From a virus (lineage: Duplodnaviria > Caudoviricetes): DNA of 56,583 bases. Of this stretch, positions 19,201 through 26,320 are shown one piece after another. A program made the position numbers and the translations under genes. Location of the stretch: positions 1 through 56,583 of the IMG/VR virus record IMGVR_UViG_3300049182_000084; one strand, written 5' to 3'. Numbering within the stretch: position 1 is the stretch's first letter; every line of letters starts with the position of its first letter. A model generated the notes under the pieces. It saw nothing but the letters and a program-made list of their open reading frames with translations, was not told the origin of the DNA and searched no databases.

Positions 19201-19377
19201 GGCGGGACATGGGTCAAGGGCTCCGAGACTATCGGCGGCTCCGGCCTGCCAGATGGCATCCGCGGCCCAGCCGATGGTGTCGGGCAGTACATGCAGAACG
19301 AGTACGTCGAGGAAATCGACGCGCACATCTGGGTGTCCGACGACGCGAACCAAGTCGCCATCTGGAGGATGCCGTGA
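16201..19377 (+). CDS. Large putative carbohydrate-active or binding protein (1058 aa)
   Basis: Short N-terminal motif, poly-Gly linker, PFSIGFTLAKG...QWSDGS (resembles the PcRGLX/YetA-type N-terminal barrel), aromatic-rich helical middle, beta-propeller-like C-terminus. Fold calls tentative. Confidence 0.6.
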   Translation: MALCVINGRVVKRGGGLLSRGGGGGGGGAALTSFTLKSAAASGSQPFSIGFTLAKGAATNVTTDLPGGAYQAKVMTQWSDGSANHVVVSGDYSATQNATLTVNVTSGTPPTGTALAHADIVSAAPTSVVDCGAFGSASLATRLAAGAPDVVLLAGHRMIEAWYRADIGSDIHCTWYVKLWASGRMHVDVMVENGFLDNGSGALWTNTTRSYTANITIGGSTVLNTAVTHYGHQRYYAHGWIGGDPQMTRLHDTGDIMASKMTPNYPYGPVDSASLDALDRSYVVLDKGPHEENMGGTGSAPAIGLLPNWCAAYLTTPDARSFDAVIVGSLSVNSYPISWRTKTTKEAAPLLSGTGNFGNWTADGPNQGGNTVQGAGSLIWDQAHHPCEGYLAYLITGDGIHLETLIMQAGLCFLQRPSSHGTGTARLLSDQIRGYAWSLRTICLYGAITPTAMKGSGTPAHQFRTLIENNYASLKTSLLSGDTKAWSGLGFVNDYGGNGSQDGWDYPADTVAPYTGSIPPWQGDFFVAVNGFVSEVEPCDSTTDLILVRNRMYRWTIGRLGASGRSSEYDFTRAASYGLKAATDGTGGTWYQGFGKLFEESYGALNTTATNTLQGTSGSAPSTPNGYWGNLTPAIAYAVDHKAPGARAAYRRLTGATNWSTVTGTFTNNPVWGVAPRNAQFTPSTWSLPAAGQSVLIGSNTPNSVRPSAYTSGQFSQATFGSFSSGVFNPWYSRTGAYEISNTGGHNNLYFQGSVIFDLEQATPAWALQDNANGVAYQPGPVGVSATNGSPYYEYTGTQMPLAGHTYASMISIQQGNKGSLLWVTRGATANESVAAPTVHVMDAETGLWSRMASVSLADHAMVEGSGAYDPNTHRYYVSNSQFWSNNFVAYLRGSDNTAQTYSLSGFPPSGTNYTKMFLFPERRLMLWVDAAGLVFGLDLTQAPGATNIVQLTTSGAFASNNGQSQWRWDMGKGKFVQKPGWTGDVVNTLTPPNDRSLGTGGTWVKGSETIGGSGLPDGIRGPADGVGQYMQNEYVEEIDAHIWVSDDANQVAIWRMP

Positions 19378-19763
19378 TCCTGTCGGCTGCCTCATCGCTG
19401 GCCCAAGGGCTCGACCACTGCAATCGCTGCGGAGAGTGCTGCCGCGAGCCGTGTTCGCTCGGGGATGGTGACGTGAAACGGTTGGCGCGGCACTTCGGCA
19501 TGCAGCCGATCGACTTCGCCAGGGCGCACCTGGACGTGCGCCAGCGGCCGGATGGTGTGCTCATCGCCCGGCCGCACTTCGGCCAGGACGGCTTCTGCCA
19601 CTTCCACCGCGAAGGCGCCTGCACCGTGCACGAGGTGAAGCCGGCCGGCGGGCGCGACTTCGAATGCTGGAATCCGCGCACAACCGCCCCGGGTCGCGAG
19701 CGCATGTTCTTCATCGCGCTGCGCGAGTTGCAGCAGAAACTGGAGGCCCGACGTGGCACGTGA
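19374..19763 (+). CDS. YkgJ-family CxxCxxCC (Zn/Fe-S cluster) protein
   Basis: HCNRCGECC...FCHFHREGACTVHEVKPAGGRDFECW; GTGA overlap. Confidence 0.85.
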   Translation: MILSAASSLAQGLDHCNRCGECCREPCSLGDGDVKRLARHFGMQPIDFARAHLDVRQRPDGVLIARPHFGQDGFCHFHREGACTVHEVKPAGGRDFECWNPRTTAPGRERMFFIALRELQQKLEARRGT

Positions 19764-20400
19764 TCCAAAAGTGACCGACGACGGCACCGGGACGATGGCC
19801 GACTACACCCAGACGAATCCGAACTGGGGGTCCATCGGCAAGTCGGCCGGGCAGTTCACGGGCGGCGGCCTGGGCGCCAACGTGGCCACGGCCCGCTACG
19901 CGGGTGCGACGGCGATTTCGGTCGACAAGCACTACGCCAAGCTGAAGATGACGGGGCTGGCGTTCAACGGGTCCAACCGGCGGCAAGGCGTCATCGTTGG
20001 GTCGTCGACCGGCATCGACGCGGCCCGCGACCACTATGCCGCCTTCTTTGAGGACGATGCGGCGAGCGGCGGCACGCACACATGGCGCGTGGTCAAGATG
20101 GTCAACGATGTGGAGACGGAACTGGCATCGGGCTCGCGCGTGGCCAGCAACGGCGACACGATTTCGCTTGAGTTCGACGGGTCAAGCGGCACCAGCGCCG
20201 TCCTGCGGGCCTACTACAACGACTCGACGCAGCTGGGCACCACCATCACCGACAACACCAGCCCACTCGTGTCCGGATCGCTCGGCCCCATGCTCGGCCA
20301 GGACCAGGTCGCGGACGACCTCGAGTTGGGCGATATCGTGGCTGACGCGCCTCCGCCGCCACCTCCATCTATCGCCACGGCAGCGTGGCTGCGCGCCTGA
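19753..20400 (+). CDS. Beta-sandwich (lectin-like) putative structural protein
   Basis: Gly/Thr/Ser-rich beta-strand pattern, C-terminal PPPPPP linker and short tail. Confidence 0.55.
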   Translation: MARDPKVTDDGTGTMADYTQTNPNWGSIGKSAGQFTGGGLGANVATARYAGATAISVDKHYAKLKMTGLAFNGSNRRQGVIVGSSTGIDAARDHYAAFFEDDAASGGTHTWRVVKMVNDVETELASGSRVASNGDTISLEFDGSSGTSAVLRAYYNDSTQLGTTITDNTSPLVSGSLGPMLGQDQVADDLELGDIVADAPPPPPPSIATAAWLRA

Positions 20401-20438
20401 ACCACCACCCCGATACCTCCAACCCATCGGACCAGACC

Positions 20439-21176
20439 ATGAAGCCTCAACTCGTCGTCCAGGACCTCAGCGGCGTACACAATGCCGACCTCACCAAGAC
20501 CAGCGCGCGCCTGATGCGCGGCGGCAGCTGGAAGCGGCAGCGCGTGATCGTCATCCTGCCGGCCGCTGATCAGGTGCCCGCGAAGTGCGCGCTTTCGTGG
20601 TGGAACCTCGCGTTTCCGCCGAACCAGGGTGTCGTGCGCATCCTTGCGCAAGGTATGGAGGTAGGCGAGGCGTACTCGACAGCCATCGAGCAGATCCTGG
20701 CGAACCCGGACCTGTCGACCTGGGAGTACATCCTCACGATCGAGCACGACAACGCGCCGCCGCCCGACGGCGTCATCAGGCTCATCCAGGACATGGAGGA
20801 GCACCCCGAATACGCCGTGATCGGCGGCCTGTACTTCACCAAGGGACCCGATGGCGTGGCCCAGATGTGGGGCGACCCGCGCGATCCGATCCCAAACTTC
20901 CGCCCGCAGGTGCCGATCGCAGAGACGGTGCAGGAGGTGTGCGGCACCGGCATGGGCTTCAACCTCTGGCGCCTGTCGATGTTCAAGGACGAGAAACTGC
21001 GCCGGCCGTGGTTCAAGACGCTCAACGGCAGCGAGGGCCAAGGCATCGGCACGCAAGACCTCTACTTCGCCGCGGACGCGCGCAAGCACGGCTATCGCTT
21101 CGCGATAGACACGCGCGTGAAGGTCGGCCACCACGACCTGCGCGGCGACTTCGGCCCGGCCGACACGATGTACTGA
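20439..21176 (+). CDS. GT-A fold (GT2-like) glycosyltransferase
   Basis: EYILTIEHDNAPPPDG (DxD-like EHD), GTGMGFNLW, TQDLYF...GYRFAIDTRVKVGHHD. Confidence 0.75.
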   Translation: MKPQLVVQDLSGVHNADLTKTSARLMRGGSWKRQRVIVILPAADQVPAKCALSWWNLAFPPNQGVVRILAQGMEVGEAYSTAIEQILANPDLSTWEYILTIEHDNAPPPDGVIRLIQDMEEHPEYAVIGGLYFTKGPDGVAQMWGDPRDPIPNFRPQVPIAETVQEVCGTGMGFNLWRLSMFKDEKLRRPWFKTLNGSEGQGIGTQDLYFAADARKHGYRFAIDTRVKVGHHDLRGDFGPADTMY

Positions 21177-21205
21177 CACCCCACCAACCCGACGGAGATG
21201 ATCAC

Positions 21206-21820
21206 ATGGCTAAGGATTCGGCTGTACGCGTGGATGAGCTATCGAGCGGGGCAGCTGTCCCTGTGGAGCGGCCGCCGCTGCGACTCGATATCGGCTGCGG
21301 CAAGAACAAGAAGGCAGGCTTCACTGGCGTCGACAGCCTCGCGCTCGACGGCGTCGATGTCGTAGCCGACTTGCGCCAGCCGTGGCCGTTCGACGACAAC
21401 TCAGTGGAGGAGGCGAACTGCTCGCACTTCCTCGAGCACCTGACGAACTTCGACGGCAAGTGGGAGCGCGTGCACTTCTTCAACGAACTGCACCGCGTGC
21501 TCAAGCCAGGCGCGGCGTGCGCGCTGGTGATCCCGCACTGGGCGTCGAATCGCTACTACGGCGACCCCACGCACAAGGAGCCGTTCAGCGAGATGGGCTT
21601 CTACTACCTGTCGAAGGAGTGGCGTGCCACGCAGGCCCCGCACACGGATGCGGCGATCACAGGCAACCCGGCCCTGTACTCCTGCGACTTCGACGCGACC
21701 TGGGGCTATTCGCTGCATCCGACGCTGCTGGTGCGCAACCTCGAGTACCAGCAGCATGCGATGACCTTCTGGAAGGAGGCATGCCAGGACCTTGTTGCAA
21801 CGTTGAAGAAAAAGGGCTGA
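21206..21820 (+). CDS. Class I SAM-dependent methyltransferase (Methyltransf_11-like)
   Basis: LRLDIGCG, DLRQPWPFDDNSVEEANCSHFLEHL, ELHRVLKPGA, DPTH. Confidence 0.9.
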   Translation: MAKDSAVRVDELSSGAAVPVERPPLRLDIGCGKNKKAGFTGVDSLALDGVDVVADLRQPWPFDDNSVEEANCSHFLEHLTNFDGKWERVHFFNELHRVLKPGAACALVIPHWASNRYYGDPTHKEPFSEMGFYYLSKEWRATQAPHTDAAITGNPALYSCDFDATWGYSLHPTLLVRNLEYQQHAMTFWKEACQDLVATLKKKG

Positions 21821-21849
21821 CCGACCCGCCCCGGTGGAGGTGACGAGCC

Positions 21850-22995
21850 ATGCTGTACGTCTACAACAACCGGGTGGTGCGCAATGGCGCGGGTCGCATG
21901 TACTCGCGCAACGACGCGCTTGAAGTGGCAGCTGGGCAGGTGCTGCTCATGCCGCTGCCGGCTGGTGAGCTGGGGACGATCTACATCCAGCGCAACGGCG
22001 TGGACATCACCGGCGCAGTGAGCGCGCCGAACAGCAACTACTACCTGTACACGGTGGTTGCGGAGGATGCCGGGGCGGAACTGAAGGTGCGCGTCGAGAA
22101 CGCATCTCAGGACACGACCCCACCGCGCCGGCACGCGATCGGCGTTCGCATCGCCGCGCCGAACAAGATCGTCATCACCTACAACAAGGTGCTGTCGCCG
22201 CTGACGATCGCGGCCGCGCAGTTCACGCTCGGCGGCACGATGGCTACGGCCAAGACGGTCACGGCCGCCGCGGTGGTGGACAACACCGTGGAGGTCACGG
22301 TCTCGAGCAACTTCGTTCCGGGCGATGCGCCGACGCTGGCTTACACCCAGTCGGGCACGGACTCGCTTCGGGTGAAGGACTGGGCCGGCAACCTGGCGCC
22401 GAGCTTCTCGGCGGTGAGCGTGTTCAACGAGTTCCCGGTGCCGGCCACGGCCGCGACGCTGGTGACCACGTTCACCGTCCTGACAAGCGGTGGCGGTGGG
22501 TTTGTGTACTCCGGCAGCGGCGGCACCACTCAATGCCACCCGCTGACACAGGCGACGTTCGCCAACTCGGCGCACCAGGCCAAGCTGGAAACCTCCGGTT
22601 GGGTGGAGATGCAGGTTACCGACACCGATGCCGCGGTCCGGTCCATCGCGCTGAAGATGAACACATCTGCGGGGCAGACGCTCAACGAGATGGATCACTC
22701 GGTGCGAGTCACCAACGGCACGGCACGCCCGTACCAGGACGGCACGGCGGTCGGCTCGCTGTACACGTTCTCGAGCCCGTCATCGCTTTGCCGCGTGCGG
22801 ATTCGCCGCGACATGCCGTCGGGCGAGGTGCACTTCGACACGTCGGAGGACGGCGGCATCACCTGGGAGCTCCGGCACACCTGGACGCTGGTGTCGGATC
22901 CTGAGGTGTACATGCACCCATGGTGCAACAACCCAAGCACCACGGTGGCCGCGATCGGCTGCGCGCTTCAAGGTTTCGTCTCTCGGGGGTTCTGA
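21850..22995 (+). CDS. Ig-like / SwmB-repeat adhesin-like protein
   Basis: DTTPP...IVITYNKVL...TLAYTQ...VKDWAGNLAPSF resembles the SwmB repeat; C-terminal beta domain. Confidence 0.65.
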   Translation: MLYVYNNRVVRNGAGRMYSRNDALEVAAGQVLLMPLPAGELGTIYIQRNGVDITGAVSAPNSNYYLYTVVAEDAGAELKVRVENASQDTTPPRRHAIGVRIAAPNKIVITYNKVLSPLTIAAAQFTLGGTMATAKTVTAAAVVDNTVEVTVSSNFVPGDAPTLAYTQSGTDSLRVKDWAGNLAPSFSAVSVFNEFPVPATAATLVTTFTVLTSGGGGFVYSGSGGTTQCHPLTQATFANSAHQAKLETSGWVEMQVTDTDAAVRSIALKMNTSAGQTLNEMDHSVRVTNGTARPYQDGTAVGSLYTFSSPSSLCRVRIRRDMPSGEVHFDTSEDGGITWELRHTWTLVSDPEVYMHPWCNNPSTTVAAIGCALQGFVSRGF

Positions 22996-24116
22996 TGCGA
23001 CTGCTTCGCACCATCTTGCTGCTGGCGTTCGCCAGCGCCGCCATCGGCTTCACGGTCTACGTGCCGACGGTCATGTTCAACGGCATCCCGCTGCGGCTCA
23101 TCAACAGCTCGCCGCCGAACTACCCGCCATCGGTGGCTGCAGGCGTCTTCGAGATGTGGCCATCGCTGCAGTTCGAGGTGAACGGAGATGCGCTGCCCGC
23201 ACCCAACTACGGCTTCACCAGCCTGCGCAAGCGCGACAACACTGGCGGCGCGGTGCAGCCGAACAGCACTCCGGACGGTGGCGCCTTTCGCATCGTGTGC
23301 GCCACGAGCCACCTGGGCTTCTTCGACCCCATCGTCTACCCCCCAAGCGGGGCGACGAGCTTCCCGAAGAAGAGCCACCTCCACAACTTCTTCGGCAACA
23401 GCGATATCTCTGCGACGACAGCAACGACGACGCAACTCGCGACGGTTGGGCGCAGCAGCTGCGTGGGCGGCATCGCGAACCGGAGCGGCTACTGGGTACC
23501 TGCGGTCATCGACACGACGACGGGCTTCCCGGTCATCCCCTACGCCAACATCGTCTACTACAAGAACGAGAGCGACTATCGGCGCGCCAACCTCACAGCA
23601 GTGACGGTGCCGCCGGCCGACCTGCGCATCATCGCTGGCAACCCGGCGAACACATCGACGACGCTGGGCAACACGTACCGCTGGGAGTGCCCGCTCGGCG
23701 CCAACTTCTCGGCCACGATACCGGGCGCCGGATGCGCCAATGGATCAGACGTGCAGTTGATCGTGTTCTTCCCGCAGTGCTGGGATGGCGTGAACCTCGA
23801 TTCAGCGAACCACCAGAGCCACATGGCCTACGAGAACCCGACGACAGGTTGTCCTGGCACGCATCCGGTGATGATCCCGCAGATCAGCTTCAACATCCGG
23901 TACAAGGTCAGCGCCAGCGCAAGGCCAGAGAACTGGCGCCTAGCCTCCGACACCTACGCGCTCGGCTACGCCGCTGGCGGCCTGAGCGCCCATGGCGACT
24001 GGTGGAACGGCTGGAACAACGGGGTGTTGACCCAGGTGGTGGAGGGCTGTCTGCACGCCTCGCTGGACTGCCATGCCCACCTGCTCGGGCTTACCCCCAA
24101 TGAGACGCTGTACTGA
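22995..24116 (+). CDS. DUF1996-domain protein with N-terminal hydrophobic segment
   Basis: FRIVC..SH...DPIVYP, SHLHNFFGN, NRSGYWVP, FPQCWDGVNLDSANHQSHMAY, CPGTHPV, HGDWWNGW. Confidence 0.88.
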   Translation: MRLLRTILLLAFASAAIGFTVYVPTVMFNGIPLRLINSSPPNYPPSVAAGVFEMWPSLQFEVNGDALPAPNYGFTSLRKRDNTGGAVQPNSTPDGGAFRIVCATSHLGFFDPIVYPPSGATSFPKKSHLHNFFGNSDISATTATTTQLATVGRSSCVGGIANRSGYWVPAVIDTTTGFPVIPYANIVYYKNESDYRRANLTAVTVPPADLRIIAGNPANTSTTLGNTYRWECPLGANFSATIPGAGCANGSDVQLIVFFPQCWDGVNLDSANHQSHMAYENPTTGCPGTHPVMIPQISFNIRYKVSASARPENWRLASDTYALGYAAGGLSAHGDWWNGWNNGVLTQVVEGCLHASLDCHAHLLGLTPNETLY

Positions 24117-24186
24117 GCTCGCACTCGTGCTGCTGGCCGTGCTGGCGCCGTTCGTGGCGGTGGTGGCCTATCGCTACGAGCGGCAG

Positions 24187-24876
24187 CTACTCGACTTCAA
24201 GGCGGAGATCGCGGCGACGAGCGCGGTGTGCCAGAAGCAGGAGGCCGGCCAGCAGCAGGGCGTAGGTCCCTGGTTCCGGGGCGGCGCTGGCGCGGATGTC
24301 CACCAGCGACTGAGCCTTGCGGGTGAGGGTGCCGGACGCCTCGTCGGCGCCGGTCTCGAAGTCGAACGACACCAGCCCGGAGCCGTTGACGAAGTCGGAG
24401 AAGGTCTGGGCACCCACGGTCAGCCAGGCGCCGATTTCGGCCACGCCGCCAAGCGCATTGGCGTCGAGCTCGAACGTGACGCGGGTGTGCGGCGCAACGA
24501 CGGCAATCCATGAGTCCTGGATGAACGATCGCGAGTACGGCTTGCCGTTCGACGTGCTGTGCGTGGTGGCCGACAGCGATTCGCCCCAGGTGAAGAAGCT
24601 CAGCCACGTCCCCGAGGTGCCGGGATCGAAGAAGCCGACCTGTTCCGAGGACCAGAACCCACCGCCGTTCGGATCGGCGACCCACGACAGGTTCCCGTGG
24701 AACCCGCCTTGTCCGGTGAGGGTGACGCCGGCCGTGATGCCGTCGGCTTGGTCCGTGTCGACGATGGTGAGCCGAACAGGGCCGACTGATGCGGTAGCGG
24801 GAGGATTTGCTGCAGAAACTGCAAACGCGCACGCCAGCGCGCTCGCGCCGACGGCCAAGCACCAGTGGTTGCCCAT
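24187..24876 (-). CDS. PEP-CTERM sorting-domain protein (antisense moron)
   Basis: GAGGAGG SD, signal peptide, C-terminal APEPGTYALLLAGLLLLAHRARRR. Confidence 0.9.
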   Translation of the reverse strand: MGNHWCLAVGASALACAFAVSAANPPATASVGPVRLTIVDTDQADGITAGVTLTGQGGFHGNLSWVADPNGGGFWSSEQVGFFDPGTSGTWLSFFTWGESLSATTHSTSNGKPYSRSFIQDSWIAVVAPHTRVTFELDANALGGVAEIGAWLTVGAQTFSDFVNGSGLVSFDFETGADEASGTLTRKAQSLVDIRASAAPEPGTYALLLAGLLLLAHRARRRDLRLEVE

Positions 24877-24919
24877 GGCTCGCCTCCTCGCATAACCGTT
24901 TGTCGTTGGAGGCGCAGGG

Positions 24920-24934
24920 GCATTCGGCGTGCCT
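24920..24934 (-). promoter_or_regulatory. Putative sigma54 (-24/-12) promoter for the PEP-CTERM gene
   Basis: Minus strand AGGCACG-CCGA-ATGC, i.e. GG-N10-GC, about 45 nt upstream of the ATG. Confidence 0.6.
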
Positions 24935-24942
24935 GCCGCCGA

Positions 24943-24981
24943 TTGATGCGGATTCGCATCGGGCGAGGGGCCAACACTGCG
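24943..24981 (+). promoter_or_regulatory. Putative late promoter 2
   Basis: TTGATGCG-GATT-CGCATC-N12-AACACT-GCG. Confidence 0.75.
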
Positions 24982-24987
24982 CCCCTG

Positions 24988-25251
24988 ATGAGCCAACCCA
25001 TCGACCGAGCAGCCCTGGCGGCCATGTTCCGCGACGTGTTCGAGGCCGACCGCCGCGGCGCTGCGATCCTGGAACACCTGGTGCAGCGCTTCGGCAGCAC
25101 GAAGGTCCACACTGACGGCGGCATCGACGCGGTCCTGAAGACCTACCGATCGGCCGCGCACCGCGAGATCCTGGACTACGTGCTGCGGCTCGTGAACGAG
25201 GGGAACGGCATCTCGGATTCCAACCCCGAAGGAGAAGGCGATGCCCTCTGA
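24988..25251 (+). CDS. Bbp19-like small head-assembly protein
   Basis: FRDVFEADRRGAAILEHLVQRF...TYRSAAHREILDYVL; directly before the scaffold. Confidence 0.75.
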   Translation: MSQPIDRAALAAMFRDVFEADRRGAAILEHLVQRFGSTKVHTDGGIDAVLKTYRSAAHREILDYVLRLVNEGNGISDSNPEGEGDAL

Positions 25252-26137
25252 AGCCCCCGCGGCGCCTGCCGCACCCGCTGCTGCCCCGACATCCGCGGCC
25301 CCCGCGGCGCCGAACCCGCCTGCGCCGGCCGCACCAGCTCCGAGCCCAGCCGAGTCGCCGGCACCGATCGAAAGCCTCATCCACGGATCGCCGCCGCCGG
25401 CACCCGCCGCCCCTGCGCCTGCCGCGCCGGCTCCCGCACCAGGCGCTGACGACCCATTCGCCGCCTTCGCCGAGAAGGTGCCCGAGAAGTTCCACGTCAA
25501 GGCCGGGGACAAGCTCGACATGCCGGCGTCCATCGCGAAAGCACTCGAACACCGTGAGCACCTGGAGAAGCGGCTGGGCGCCGGCGATCTGCCGCCCAAG
25601 AAAGTGGACGAGTACCAGTGGACCCCGCCGACCGAGATGCAGGGGTTCGAGATCGACCAGGAGCGCACATCCGCCTTCAAGGAGCAGGCGCTTGCGCGCG
25701 GCATCACCACCGAGCAGTTCAAGTGGATGATGGACTCCTACGTCGCGGCCGTGCCGGACCTGATGCAGGGCGCGGCGCGCCTGTCAGCCAACCAGGCGCG
25801 CGCCGAGCTCCAGAAGGTCTGGACGCAGCCGGGCGACCTCGAGGTCGGTATCGGCAACGCCGAAAGAGCGCTCCGGCAACTGCCGCCCGACTTGCTGGAC
25901 TCGTCGCGCGAGTACGGCACGAACCCGGTGTTCCTGCGCATGCTCGCGCACTTCGGCGCCCAGACGCGCGAGGACACGCCGCCGCCGAGCCCAGCTGCTC
26001 CGAACGCCGGCGCCGACGAGATCAAGCAGCTCGAGGCGAGCAAGGCGTACCTGGACCCGAAGCACCCGGATCACAAGGCCGTCAGCGCCAAGGTTGCCGG
26101 GTACTACCAGCGAGTGCACGGCAACGCTCCCATTTGA
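25241..26137 (+). CDS. Capsid scaffolding protein
   Basis: Pro/Ala-rich N-terminus, VPEKF, C-terminal AYLDPKHPDHKAVSAKV; precedes the capsid gene. Confidence 0.8.
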   Translation: MPSEAPAAPAAPAAAPTSAAPAAPNPPAPAAPAPSPAESPAPIESLIHGSPPPAPAAPAPAAPAPAPGADDPFAAFAEKVPEKFHVKAGDKLDMPASIAKALEHREHLEKRLGAGDLPPKKVDEYQWTPPTEMQGFEIDQERTSAFKEQALARGITTEQFKWMMDSYVAAVPDLMQGAARLSANQARAELQKVWTQPGDLEVGIGNAERALRQLPPDLLDSSREYGTNPVFLRMLAHFGAQTREDTPPPSPAAPNAGADEIKQLEASKAYLDPKHPDHKAVSAKVAGYYQRVHGNAPI

Positions 26138-26172
26138 TGCGGAAACGCATCGCGGCGCAATTTGACACTGCG
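26134..26172 (+). promoter_or_regulatory. Putative late promoter 3 (capsid)
   Basis: TTGATGCG-GAAA-CGCATC-N12-GACACT-GCG; contains the scaffold stop codon. Confidence 0.75.
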
Positions 26173-26181
26173 GGCCATTCA

Positions 26182-26292
26182 ACAGGCCCGTGGTGGCACG
26201 CGGATCACCTGTGAAAGCCCGCAGCGGCTCGCCTCAAGGCGGCGAGCGCAGCCCGTAGCCACAGGCCCGGAGCGCCGGATCACCTGAAAGCC
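26182..26292 (+). ncRNA. Candidate structured leader of the capsid gene (tandem hairpins)
   Basis: Two copies of ACAGGCCCG...CGGATCACCTG(TG)AAAGCC separated by hairpin GCTCGCC-N7-GGCGAGC. Confidence 0.55.
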
Positions 26293-26320
26293 GAACGCGA
26301 TTCACTTTCAGGAGTTCCCC

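Noticed and set aside
20439-21820. GT plus MTase as a DNA hypermodification system
   Set aside because: They lie in a late structural operon and no base hydroxymethylase, TET/JBP or kinase gene was recognised; disfavoured but not formally excluded.
25255-25445. Pro/Ala repeats as a separate repeat element
   Set aside because: Low-complexity N-terminus of the scaffolding protein, common in this family.
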